Shown: piece by piece, positions 9,348 to 18,088 of the stretch
How positions within the stretch are numbered: the first letter of the stretch is position 1
Layout: the number at the start of each line of letters is the position of its first letter
Source: a virus
Taxonomy: Duplodnaviria > Caudoviricetes
Virus record (IMG/VR): IMGVR_UViG_2907202186_000003
Span: 64,001 to 128,000 of that record
Direction: 5' to 3' (one strand)
DNA length: 64,000 bases
Program-made: the position numbers and the translations under genes
Notes under the pieces: generated by a model
What the model was told of the DNA's origin: nothing
Database searches by the model: none
Seen by the model: only the letters and a program-made list of their open reading frames with translations

Positions 9348-9361
9348 GGAACATTTGTTCT
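9348..9361 (-). promoter_or_regulatory. LexA SOS box upstream of mazF
   Basis: AGAACAAATGTTCC, identical to 3101-3114, next to TTGTAA-17-TATAAT. Confidence 0.7.
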
Positions 9362-9443
9362 TGTCAAGCACTTTTCACAAGCTACGAATATTTAATGCAT
9401 AAGGTATTGACAATTTGGATAAACATGTTAATAGCACAATTTA

Positions 9444-9965
9444 TTGGAGGTTATTAATATGACAAGACAAGACGGATGGACAATAGAGGACGATATCTGT
9501 CTAACTACTACGGTATTAAACTGTATTTCAAATGGTAATACGCAACTACAAGCCTTTGAGATGGTTGCGGAGAAAACTAATAGAACTGCAGCTGCTTGTG
9601 GGTTTAGGTGGAATTCTAACTTGAGAAATCAGTTTGAAAATGAAATTAAAGAAGCCAAATTGAAAAAGAGATCTCATACCCAAAAGCCTTCACATATGCA
9701 CGGCAAGGTGTCTGGAACGCTTTCTACATATGACCAGCCTGATACTCCTTTTGACAACATAATTAGGTCTCTACAGGCATTTAAAGAGCAGTTTGATGAG
9801 ATGCGAATGACAATATTGAATTTACAAAATCGCAATAGTGAACTTGAACAACAGCTAGCATCTAAACCTTCAGTTGAAGTTAATGAAGATATGAAAAATC
9901 TTCTAGAGATAATTAAACGAGCAGAAAAACTTGGTCTCACAAACAAAGAAAAACCTGCCATTTAG
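9444..9965 (+). CDS. rsfA: RsfA-family (sporulation) transcription regulator
   Basis: RQDGWT.EDD..L...VL..I..G.TQL.AFE...RTAAACGFRWNS signature, then coiled coil. Confidence 0.85.
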   Translation: MEVINMTRQDGWTIEDDICLTTTVLNCISNGNTQLQAFEMVAEKTNRTAAACGFRWNSNLRNQFENEIKEAKLKKRSHTQKPSHMHGKVSGTLSTYDQPDTPFDNIIRSLQAFKEQFDEMRMTILNLQNRNSELEQQLASKPSVEVNEDMKNLLEIIKRAEKLGLTNKEKPAI

Positions 9966-10072
9966 GCAGGTTCTTTTAATTTTATATTAGATATGGGTCT
10001 ACACTCATATAAGATATGATTAACTTGTTCCAATACATCTTCCAGGTGCTTTCCGCACTTTTTACAATTCAA
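9962..10072 (-). CDS. 36-aa Zn-finger-like small protein
   Basis: TTG start after AAGGAG; MNCKKCGKHLEDVLEQVNHILYECRP. Confidence 0.45.
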   Translation of the reverse strand: MNCKKCGKHLEDVLEQVNHILYECRPISNIKLKEPA

Positions 10073-10113
10073 ATAAACATTTCTCCTTTGTTTAAGTAAA
10101 ATCTACATTTTAT

Positions 10114-10272
10114 TCAGTCTTCGTCAGTTTCTTCAAATAATACTTTATACCCCTGCTCTGCGAACAAAGATAAAAGTTCTAAAGCCTTATTCTTGTCATC
10201 TATACTCAATTTTACATTAAGAACTTCGAGTTGTGGATCGTCAGTAACTACAATTGTAAGTTTATAGAACAT
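10114..10272 (-). CDS. 52-aa hypothetical protein
   Basis: Manual translation MFYKLTIVVTDDPQLEVLNVK...; RBS GAAGGGG. Confidence 0.55.
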   Translation of the reverse strand: MFYKLTIVVTDDPQLEVLNVKLSIDDKNKALELLSLFAEQGYKVLFEETDED

Positions 10273-10340
10273 GGGAATGCCCCTTCCATTTCATAGTAGT
10301 AATTATATAATAACACCAATCTTCTCAAAAGTAAGTCATT

Positions 10341-10700
10341 CTAACCTGAATACTTATTCGCAGTAATTGGGTAATAAAATATTTCTATTTCCTCACTAAT
10401 AAACCCTCTGCGTTGTGCAGCTAAAAGCGTTTCATACATGTTCTTACGTCCAACTGGATTATCTGTATGCAAATATATCTTATCGACTTGTAATCCGTAT
10501 TCGCAAAAATATTTAACTAAATCATATCCATTTTGAAGCTCATGTCCGTTCTCATCCTCACCCAAGTCATGATCTAAGGTCAGTATATGTACCCTTTGTG
10601 ACTCAAGGATACTTATTGCCTCATGATAGGTTCGCGCTACTACAAAACCCTCTGGGCAATCACGTAGATCGTCTACATATAGGTTTATTTTCTGATCCAT
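10341..10700 (-). CDS. Cyclic-phosphate-processing receiver-like domain protein
   Basis: LYVDDLR..P, LDHDLG, GYD, HTDNPVG motifs; start MDQK after AAGGAAG. Confidence 0.75.
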   Translation of the reverse strand: MDQKINLYVDDLRDCPEGFVVARTYHEAISILESQRVHILTLDHDLGEDENGHELQNGYDLVKYFCEYGLQVDKIYLHTDNPVGRKNMYETLLAAQRRGFISEEIEIFYYPITANKYSG

Positions 10701-10735
10701 TTGTTCTTCCTTTCCCATAAAACTTGCATTTCATC

Positions 10736-11056
10736 TTAAATGTCATTGATGGCCTGTTTTAAAAATGCAATCTTCAATATGCCTTTTTCCAAAGATGCAG
10801 CATAGTATCCTTTATTTTCGCTGGAGTACTGATAATGGATAATTTCGTCTGCCATCTCCTCGGTCATTTCACCTCTATAATATGGGATATCAACTAGCGA
10901 ACCAATTGGAATATCGGAGCTTTTTTTGTTAATGTCAACTCGCTCCAAAATTGTTTTAACCGAGTCATCTAATTTAGACCAGTCAGTGTCTACAATTCTC
11001 ATTTCTAACCCCCTCTCTAATGATGAAACATGCCTTTTATGTCTTTTACTGCTCAT
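10736..11056 (-). CDS. Hypothetical protein
   Basis: ORF track. Confidence 0.6.
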   Translation of the reverse strand: MSSKRHKRHVSSLERGLEMRIVDTDWSKLDDSVKTILERVDINKKSSDIPIGSLVDIPYYRGEMTEEMADEIIHYQYSSENKGYYAASLEKGILKIAFLKQAINDI

Positions 11057-11480
11057 TGAAATACCACATTACATCAGATTGCTCTAATACTTGATACAAT
11101 GCATTTAAATTAGACGACGTTTCTCTAACGTAAATCTCCAATCTGCTGATTTCGTCTCCTGTATATTTTATGATCCGTTTCACTTTCTCATCAATTTCAT
11201 TCCCTAGAAAAGTGTATACATCTAACACATTATCAATGGAGTAAATTAATACCGTATATTGAACATCATTTAAAGGACGAAATGTAAACAAATTATCAGT
11301 AGGTTGTATTCTTTTGCAGTATTCACATACAACTTTATGCTTTTCGCCTTTGTCGTCAATAATTATTCCACCATTTTTGTCTGAGGTAGATAGCTCAACG
11401 ATTGTTCCTTCTATTTGTTGTCCAACATAATCATATTTCACTCTATCACCAAGATATAACCCATACCAACCTCTAGTCAC
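11046..11480 (-). CDS. Hypothetical protein (SH3/KOW-like N-terminus)
   Basis: ORF track; RBS AAGGAG. Confidence 0.65.
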   Translation of the reverse strand: MTRGWYGLYLGDRVKYDYVGQQIEGTIVELSTSDKNGGIIIDDKGEKHKVVCEYCKRIQPTDNLFTFRPLNDVQYTVLIYSIDNVLDVYTFLGNEIDEKVKRIIKYTGDEISRLEIYVRETSSNLNALYQVLEQSDVMWYFNEQ

Positions 11481-11526
11481 TCTATACCACTCCTTATTTT
11501 AGGATTCAAGTGAAATAGCCATTTGA

Positions 11527-12045
11527 TTAAGACTCCGCAGCAAGCAATCCAGCAACACGAGCCAGTTCCTCTTGACTGTGAACAGTGCCACCACTATTCA
11601 TCTGTAAGTACCATTCAAGTACCTCTTTACGAGTCTGAAGGTTGTTAACATGAAAACTCAAACGAATCATCATTGGGATCTTGTCTTGAAATTCATTGTA
11701 GAAATGTCCAAATGCTTTAATTTGGTTTCTAATGAATTTCAAGCATGCTGTAAGGCGTTGCAGTCCATCGACACACACGAACCACCCATCACCATTTCCC
11801 ACAGTGTTCTGCCATTTAGTGTGATTGAAGTATATATCTAATCCTGAGACACCTTCACGCAACAAATGCTCGATATAAAGCTCTTGTTGTTGCTCAGTCC
11901 AGACCTGCCCTCTCTGAAAATCCGGTTCTAACTCTAATCCCATCTCTTCAATATAATCACCTATAGTGCTTTCAAGATACCTTAGAGCTACATCAACAGA
12001 ATAGTTATTGCACTGTATGTATGGTTTAATGCCCTGGAACTTCAT
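11527..12045 (-). CDS. Stand-alone DUF262 (ParB/GmrS-like) protein
   Basis: PDFQRGQVW and VDGLQRLT motifs. Confidence 0.8.
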   Translation of the reverse strand: MKFQGIKPYIQCNNYSVDVALRYLESTIGDYIEEMGLELEPDFQRGQVWTEQQQELYIEHLLREGVSGLDIYFNHTKWQNTVGNGDGWFVCVDGLQRLTACLKFIRNQIKAFGHFYNEFQDKIPMMIRLSFHVNNLQTRKEVLEWYLQMNSGGTVHSQEELARVAGLLAAES

Positions 12046-12065
12046 GTTTTAACCCCCTAAAACGA

Positions 12066-12266
12066 CTATCCATCTTGTTTATCGATGATAAAGTAATCTA
12101 AATCCTCAAGAAACTCTTTAATTAAACGGATCTCAGCTTCTAAAATCAACATCGTAATGCTTTCATTAACTGATAAATCTTCTGTTCCCTTCTTTTTATT
12201 GTGGTAGGGTTTCAAAAGATTTTCTTTTCGTTCAAGTGATCTTTTATACTGTTCAATTAACTCCAT
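12066..12266 (-). CDS. Hypothetical protein
   Basis: ORF track; RBS AAGGAGG. Confidence 0.65.
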   Translation of the reverse strand: MELIEQYKRSLERKENLLKPYHNKKKGTEDLSVNESITMLILEAEIRLIKEFLEDLDYFIIDKQDG

Positions 12267-12308
12267 ATAATAATAGCCTCCTTAAATATAGGTAAAACAG
12301 TCATTTGA

Positions 12309-12668
12309 TCAAGAATCGATCCTATGTTTCTTGAAGTATCCATGAATCACTTCTTCGCTTGGATTATCAATACGTTCATCAGTACTCCATCTAGACCAAC
12401 CATCAGCGCAATAATATGCGATATCTAAAAGGCTTTCAGGTTCTTTACCATAGTGTTGTTTGAAATCCTCTTTCAGTTCACTCATTCCTTCTTCTGGATC
12501 TGAGCCAAAATATTCAGTAAAGCGAATAACTTTTCTTGATAGCAGCTTTTCTCCTTCTTTGAAGGTGTCTAAGAGTATTACTTCAGCGTTCTCCTGATAT
12601 TTTGAGTAATCCTCATTTATCATTTTTACATATCCTACTGTCTCTCGATCCCTATACTCTTTCCACAT
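12309..12668 (-). CDS. Hypothetical acidic protein
   Basis: ORF track; RBS AGGAG. Confidence 0.65.
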   Translation of the reverse strand: MWKEYRDRETVGYVKMINEDYSKYQENAEVILLDTFKEGEKLLSRKVIRFTEYFGSDPEEGMSELKEDFKQHYGKEPESLLDIAYYCADGWSRWSTDERIDNPSEEVIHGYFKKHRIDS

Positions 12669-12687
12669 GATTTCATCTCCTATTTAC

Positions 12688-12918
12688 TCATAATTCTTCT
12701 AGTACAACTTTATATTTTTTCCCAGTAACATTGTTTGTGAAATGTGACAGTTCACTATAAATAAAGTTATTTCTTATATAGTCCTTATCTTTCTCTACTT
12801 CGGTTGCAAGAACCTGCATTAACTCATCTGTATTTTCAACAACATAAATACCCCAAACGTCGATGTGTTTTTCATGATAAGCATAAAATAATTTCATATT
12901 TAGTATGCTCTCCTTCAC
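12688..12918 (-). CDS. Hypothetical protein (likely starts MKLFYAY)
   Basis: ORF track; GAAGGAGAG RBS. Confidence 0.6.
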   Translation of the reverse strand: MKESILNMKLFYAYHEKHIDVWGIYVVENTDELMQVLATEVEKDKDYIRNNFIYSELSHFTNNVTGKKYKVVLEEL

Positions 12919-12949
12919 ATAAAATAGTTATTTGACCATGAATTATTTA

Positions 12950-13249
12950 TTAGAAATCTTTTCCTGCTTGTTTAAAATAATTATCTAACTGCCGTTGTGC
13001 CTCTAGATGAGAAATAGGCGCCTTATTGATTCTTTCTAATTCAGTCTCAAGTTTCTTAACTTCATCGTCCGTGTTGTCTGGCTGTACTCCATTTTCACGC
13101 TGTGCTTTATTTAAAATTATCTGTTCTCTCAACCAAACCAATCTATTCAAGCAAAATCCATACCTATTTAGTTTTTCCTCAGTATCTCTTTTTTCAATCC
13201 ATTCGTTACCGTTCCACTTATAGCCCTTTACGATCTTATCTTTCTTCAT
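12950..13249 (-). CDS. Hypothetical protein
   Basis: ORF track; RBS GAGGTG. Confidence 0.6.
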   Translation of the reverse strand: MKKDKIVKGYKWNGNEWIEKRDTEEKLNRYGFCLNRLVWLREQIILNKAQRENGVQPDNTDDEVKKLETELERINKAPISHLEAQRQLDNYFKQAGKDF

Positions 13250-13271
13250 GACCTTAACACCTCGTAGTTTT

Positions 13272-14264
13272 TTAAATAGCTTTTAGAACAATGTTTCCTG
13301 CATGATCAATAAATCCAGTGTCATCTTTTTTACTTGAAAATCTAACCAAGGCTAAACCTTCTTTGAATGAATCAATGTCTTCATACTGTGGCTCAACAAT
13401 CCAATTACCAGACTTGTCAAGAACACCAAACGATTCTAAATACCTCTTCTTACCGTTTTTAACTGTGGCAAGCCCTTCACTAAACCAAAAATTCTCGCTT
13501 GCAATATCTTTTACTATAGAATGCTCATACTTATCCATCAACCCAATAACTCTTCTATCTTGTGATCTCGTATTATTCAAAGGGCAATAAGAATACAAAC
13601 CTTCTCCGGCATATCCCAAACTACTATAATCCTCTTTGAAAACTCTTTCTCCATTGCTATTGATTGCATAATATTTTGATTGATCGAAATCATACACCAC
13701 TGCTATACCATTATTAAAACCACTCGACACAGGATGATACTGATTTTTAATAACAACGGAACTGTTTATATTTATGAATCCAACCTTATAGTCTTGTTCA
13801 AATCTAATCAATCCGTCTTGAGGATGGCTTAAAGAATTAAAACTCGGCAACACAACCCATTCACCTTTTTTGTTTATCATTCCATATCTATCATTTTTCT
13901 TCACAATCGAATATCCATTTCTAAAAGGACTGGCGGCTTCATATTTAGGCTCAATTATAAATTCACCACAATCATCTATAAAACCCGCTTTTCCGTCAAT
14001 AACTACATTAACTAACCCTTCGGAGAATCCCCATGAAGCATATATCCCTTTATCAAATTTGCAGTCAATAATAATATCCCCATCTACGTTAATAAACCCC
14101 CATTTTTTAGAGGTATTTTGGAATGGGGCGTATCCCTCAGAGAAGTCTTCAGCGTAAGCAAACTTTGACTCAATTGCGACTTCTCCATATTTATTAATGT
14201 ATCCGTATTTTTTTTCATCTTGAATCAATGCCAAACCATTTGAAAAACCAGATTTATACTTCAC
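13272..14264 (-). CDS. WG-repeat (KWG) protein
   Basis: Repeated FSEGLA.V...K(W/Y)G(F/Y)I...G units. Confidence 0.88.
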   Translation of the reverse strand: MKYKSGFSNGLALIQDEKKYGYINKYGEVAIESKFAYAEDFSEGYAPFQNTSKKWGFINVDGDIIIDCKFDKGIYASWGFSEGLVNVVIDGKAGFIDDCGEFIIEPKYEAASPFRNGYSIVKKNDRYGMINKKGEWVVLPSFNSLSHPQDGLIRFEQDYKVGFININSSVVIKNQYHPVSSGFNNGIAVVYDFDQSKYYAINSNGERVFKEDYSSLGYAGEGLYSYCPLNNTRSQDRRVIGLMDKYEHSIVKDIASENFWFSEGLATVKNGKKRYLESFGVLDKSGNWIVEPQYEDIDSFKEGLALVRFSSKKDDTGFIDHAGNIVLKAI

Positions 14265-14337
14265 ATTAATTCCTCCATATCAAGATTGCTATGTATTTAG
14301 ATTTCGCTAACCCCATGAAATAAACCTTTCACACACT

Positions 14338-14667
14338 CTAGTCCCTTGGATAGTTAACTTCCATTATGTCCATAAATGGCACCTTAGTGATAACACCATC
14401 TTTCTTGATATGCACCTTTCCCGTCCGAGAGTCCATTTGATCGATTTGCCCCCTAACAGACTCTTCCCAACCCCACACGGTTAATACAATTTCTGATTCC
14501 TCTTGGTAGGCTTCGGTGAGTTGATTTCCTAACTCCTCAAGTACAAACTCATCTCTTGTTGGTCTCTTTGCTACCTTAGATTTTGCCATCATTAATGCCC
14601 TCCTAGCTGTCGAATTCAGTACGCAAGAGTTGAAATGGCGACCTAAACGTTTCTGTTTGATCGCCAA
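14338..14667 (-). CDS. yolD: YolD-like family protein (likely starts MMAKSK)
   Basis: RP..DE..LEE....L.EA...G.I..D......I pattern; RBS AGGAGG before MMAK. Confidence 0.65.
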   Translation of the reverse strand: MAIKQKRLGRHFNSCVLNSTARRALMMAKSKVAKRPTRDEFVLEELGNQLTEAYQEESEIVLTVWGWEESVRGQIDQMDSRTGKVHIKKDGVITKVPFMDIMEVNYPRD

Positions 14668-14673
14668 GAAAAT

Positions 14674-15033
14674 TTAATTATTATTCAATCTTTCTGTGAT
14701 TTCTTTTATCTTTGAACGAGCAACATTGAGCTGTTCGCCATCTTTAAAAATAACCATTCCGTTAGCCTCATCAACATATTTCACTTGTTCAAGATTAATC
14801 ATAAGATCTCTATCGGCCTGTAGAAACCCTTTTTCAGCGGAATAATACTCTGCCAAATCTTGAAACGTAGCAACCTGACTATATCTGGCTCCGTTTGTGG
14901 TTGTATATACGGGTACTTTTTGACCCTTAATTATTTTTATTGAAACATGACTCACATCTTCAAGTTTGAAATCTTCAATCGATCCTGTATCATGATTATA
15001 TCCGACCAATTCATTTGTTGTCATCGATGTCAC
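14674..15033 (-). CDS. Second stand-alone LytTR protein
   Basis: FLQADRDLMINLEQVKYVD...VARSK. Confidence 0.7.
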   Translation of the reverse strand: MTSMTTNELVGYNHDTGSIEDFKLEDVSHVSIKIIKGQKVPVYTTTNGARYSQVATFQDLAEYYSAEKGFLQADRDLMINLEQVKYVDEANGMVIFKDGEQLNVARSKIKEITERLNNN

Positions 15034-15225
15034 CTCAAAGGTTATTATTGTATAATTTTACAATACAAAGTTACTTCAGAACAGTACATTGTTTATCTAT
15101 CAGTTATATAAGCATTGTATCACATAAATTTATATTTGTATATTTATTTTATTAATAATTTCAATTCAATCCAGTTGTGTCCCGATGTGCGAACAAACAA
15201 TTTGCCTTTCTCAACTTTACCCCCT

Positions 15226-15420
15226 CTATACATATCTATATACGCTCCCAGTTCTACGGCTGTAAACCTCTACATAAGCTTTAAACTCGCTAGTGAGCTT
15301 GTACACTCTATCCATGATAATAAAGCTCATAGTCTCCTTGCAGCGTCCCAGTTGTGCAATGCTTTCTACCACTTGATTATTTACCACAATATCATATGTA
15401 TCCATTATAAATACCTCCAA
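15226..15420 (-). CDS. Hypothetical protein
   Basis: ORF track; likely starts MDTYDIV. Confidence 0.6.
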   Translation of the reverse strand: MEVFIMDTYDIVVNNQVVESIAQLGRCKETMSFIIMDRVYKLTSEFKAYVEVYSRRTGSVYRYV

Positions 15421-15457
15421 TTAATATTTTTATTTTATTTTATTTGAAAGACTTATT

Positions 15458-15646
15458 TTATGCAGATTCATGTTTCGTCATTTGGACACCATGGTAACTA
15501 ACTTCTACAATATCAATTATCTCAGTTTCTTTATCATTAAACCAGAAATCATCTATCAGTTTTTTCGCATGTATTTCGTTGTTAGCTGTAACGATATGAT
15601 ACTTGGTATCCCCTAAAGCTTTAGTTTCAGCATAATAAATTCTCAT
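15458..15646 (-). CDS. Hypothetical protein
   Basis: ORF track; RBS GAGGAG. Confidence 0.6.
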   Translation of the reverse strand: MRIYYAETKALGDTKYHIVTANNEIHAKKLIDDFWFNDKETEIIDIVEVSYHGVQMTKHESA

Positions 15647-15677
15647 TTTTTCAACTCCTCATGAAATACTTATTGTG

Positions 15678-15821
15678 TTACCAGAATCTAACCTTATCAT
15701 CCTCAATCGAGTAACCTTCAAGAATGAAGTTTATTCCTTCATTGGTATATGTAGCATCTTTATTTTCATGACCATGAGAAATTAATTCTTCAAGTATCTC
15801 CTTTAACTCTATTAATTTCAT
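15678..15821 (-). CDS. 47-aa hypothetical protein
   Basis: Manual translation MKLIELKEILEELISHGHENKD...RFW; RBS AAGGAG. Confidence 0.6.
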   Translation of the reverse strand: MKLIELKEILEELISHGHENKDATYTNEGINFILEGYSIEDDKVRFW

Positions 15822-15952
15822 TGTCTTTTCAACTCCTTATAAATTACTTCTTTCATCCTATAACCCTGCCTAAAGTCCCAATAAAATCTTCCAATATAAC
15901 CAATTATGCTATATAGTTTATTTATCAAAATTAATAAGACTGGGGTAGACAT

Positions 15953-16453
15953 TTGATGAAAGCCATATTAATTATTGTTGTATTATTCATAGTTTGTGCA
16001 CTGATACTCATTAAAATGAGGTCAAAAGGTCAAGAAAAAATCAACGATTATTCTAATAATCAATCAAAAGACCAAACCAGGAGTTTCTCCGGAGCTCTAA
16101 ATGATGTAAGAAACGGAACATCTGAATTTGCTCCAGAAGCTATTAGGGGAATTGAGAAAATTAAGACTGTGCTTATGACTGATGAAGAAATTATTCACTC
16201 AGGTTATGGAAAAGATGGCTTTAAAAACGTAGTTTATGCTGTGACAAACAAACGATTTATAGCCTGTTATGTTGGAGTTACTTCCGAACAACTCACTTCC
16301 ATTAATTATAATAAGATTACAAATGTAGATATTAAAAACAAACTTAATTTATCATATGTTGTAATTCAAACAAGCGAGAAAGCAGTAGAGATTCTTGTCC
16401 AGAACAAACCAAGATCAGTTGAGTTTTTCAATTCAATAAATAGTTATACTTAA
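15953..16453 (+). CDS. Membrane-anchored bacterial PH-domain protein (moron-like)
   Basis: N-terminal TM; L..DEEI...G...VTNKRF...SI.Y.KI motif; opposite orientation with its own terminator at about 16463-16490. Confidence 0.7.
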   Translation: MMKAILIIVVLFIVCALILIKMRSKGQEKINDYSNNQSKDQTRSFSGALNDVRNGTSEFAPEAIRGIEKIKTVLMTDEEIIHSGYGKDGFKNVVYAVTNKRFIACYVGVTSEQLTSINYNKITNVDIKNKLNLSYVVIQTSEKAVEILVQNKPRSVEFFNSINSYT

Positions 16454-16507
16454 TAATATTTTGGGTGAGGTCTTATTGATCTCACCTTTCTTTATAAAAG
16501 AATCCTT

Positions 16508-16792
16508 TTATACAGACTTTCTCAATTGTCTTTGGCAAAACTGCATCGCCTCGAACAATGTTTCTGTGTCTGCTGTAACATTCTGATAACCAAAGACTTT
16601 TTCATTCACATTGTTACTTGGTAAATCACTGTATACAAATAAAAAACCCCTTACAATCTTCCCCTTTCCTTCACCACAATTGTCATCAGAAACAACCATG
16701 ATATTATATTTACCAACAGGAATGATTAAACTTGCTTCAGCACCATCAGCATTACTTGCAATGATTCGGCCACCCAGTTTGATATTTTCCAT
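16508..16792 (-). CDS. Hypothetical protein
   Basis: ORF track; RBS GAGGAG. Confidence 0.65.
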   Translation of the reverse strand: MENIKLGGRIIASNADGAEASLIIPVGKYNIMVVSDDNCGEGKGKIVRGFLFVYSDLPSNNVNEKVFGYQNVTADTETLFEAMQFCQRQLRKSV

Positions 16793-16865
16793 TGAACTAA
16801 TCTCCTCATAAAATATTCATATTTAAACTTCAATTATCATAGCATCTTCGTTCTGCGACACTTTA

Positions 16866-17165
16866 CTATTTAAGCGAACATCTCTTATGCTCCATGCTAT
16901 AAATAACAATTTGATCGCCTGTCATTGACCTTGATCTATATCGAATGCCTAAACATTTAACTTTTCTTCCATCCTGAGTTTGACTCAATTTGTTGTTTTG
17001 ATACTCTTGTTTTGTAAGGTTTTCATTGCATTTAGGGCAAAGCAATTCAAACGCTTCTTCAACATGCTCTGCCATGTAGTCATCTTCTAATTGTTCCTCA
17101 TGGGTTCTTAGACTAAATTCTGTAAAGTTTGCTTTCGCATACAGAATGTCATTCAAAATCACCAC
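16866..17165 (-). CDS. Hypothetical protein (possibly truncated)
   Basis: ORF track; RBS AGGAGG; CPKC. Confidence 0.5.
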   Translation of the reverse strand: MVILNDILYAKANFTEFSLRTHEEQLEDDYMAEHVEEAFELLCPKCNENLTKQEYQNNKLSQTQDGRKVKCLGIRYRSRSMTGDQIVIYSMEHKRCSLK

Positions 17166-17223
17166 CTCCTGTTTTGCGGTATTTTGTCTACTGTACTTAA
17201 TAAATCCTCATAAAATAATCTTT

Positions 17224-17436
17224 TTATTCAAACTTACTATCTCTAATTAAGACATAAATAAAATCCCTTACTTCTGTATCATCCCATCCCCACTCATCTG
17301 CCAGATCTTTTATCCTATCTGGAATCAAGTTAATAATGGCAGTTATTTGTGCTTCATCGGGAGCAATATTGTTAATATCAATATAGCTGCTTCGAATTTG
17401 ATCTTTTAATTCCCAAGTTCCATCCATATTATTCAA
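17224..17436 (-). CDS. Hypothetical acidic protein
   Basis: ORF track. Confidence 0.6.
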   Translation of the reverse strand: MNNMDGTWELKDQIRSSYIDINNIAPDEAQITAIINLIPDRIKDLADEWGWDDTEVRDFIYVLIRDSKFE

Positions 17437-17467
17437 TCCTCATTTCTACGTAAAATATTCATTTTAA

Positions 17468-17542
17468 TGCCAACTACAGGAATTGAACCTGTCATCGCAC
17501 CAATTTATGCTTTTGTAGTCATCACCAAAGACTCTAGCTGGC
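17468..17542 (-). tRNA. Degenerate tRNA-like element (possible CAT anticodon)
   Basis: 7-bp acceptor GCCAGCT/AGTTGGC, D-stem AGTC/GACT, T-arm ACAGG-TTCAATT-CCTGT; anticodon stem only 3 of 5 paired; no CCA. Confidence 0.55.
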
Positions 17543-17561
17543 TATCTAATTATTACTTTAA

Positions 17562-17786
17562 TTAGTTCTTACTCTGTTCACGGAAGAATAATTGCTCATA
17601 TGCATCCGTTACTGCATCAACTGGATTATCGTATTGTTTTGATATCGCGCGTTCACGACTCTCAATCTGTTCCAGCATACACTTATACAAACCAACAGTA
17701 TGCAAATAGAGAATGTAATCATCTCCCTGAATATTTACAATGGAGACTTGAACCTTATTGTTGTTGATTTCACTCATCGATAGCAT
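17562..17786 (-). CDS. Hypothetical protein
   Basis: ORF track; RBS GAGGAGGTGA. Confidence 0.65.
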   Translation of the reverse strand: MLSMSEINNNKVQVSIVNIQGDDYILYLHTVGLYKCMLEQIESRERAISKQYDNPVDAVTDAYEQLFFREQSKN

Positions 17787-17822
17787 ATCCTCACCTCCTC
17801 TCAGTGGTTATGGATGAAAGGA

Positions 17823-18056
17823 TTATTTAATTACAAATTCTATTTCCTTATATTCAAACTTATCACCATGTCTTGAATCATAGAACTTTTCCCAAGCTAG
17901 CAGATCCTCTTCTTTTTCTGTTTCACTAAATACCATTGATTCAATTAAGTTGTCAGTATATTCACCGACTTTTCCAATCCATACATTTCCTTCTACACTC
18001 TGGATGCTGCACCACTTAATAAATTTATCTCCAACTTTGATTACATATCTGCTCAC
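17823..18056 (-). CDS. Hypothetical protein
   Basis: ORF track; RBS GGGAGTGA. Confidence 0.65.
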   Translation of the reverse strand: MSRYVIKVGDKFIKWCSIQSVEGNVWIGKVGEYTDNLIESMVFSETEKEEDLLAWEKFYDSRHGDKFEYKEIEFVIK

Positions 18057-18088
18057 TATGTATCACTCCCCATGAAAGGATCATTTCA

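Noticed and set aside
7505-9443. Arbitrium aimR-aimP
   Set aside because: No ~380-aa TPR protein or signal-peptide ORF is present here; it could still lie outside the window.
17468-17542. Functional tRNA-Met
   Set aside because: The anticodon stem is poorly paired, U8 and U33 are absent and there is no CCA; kept only as tRNA-like.
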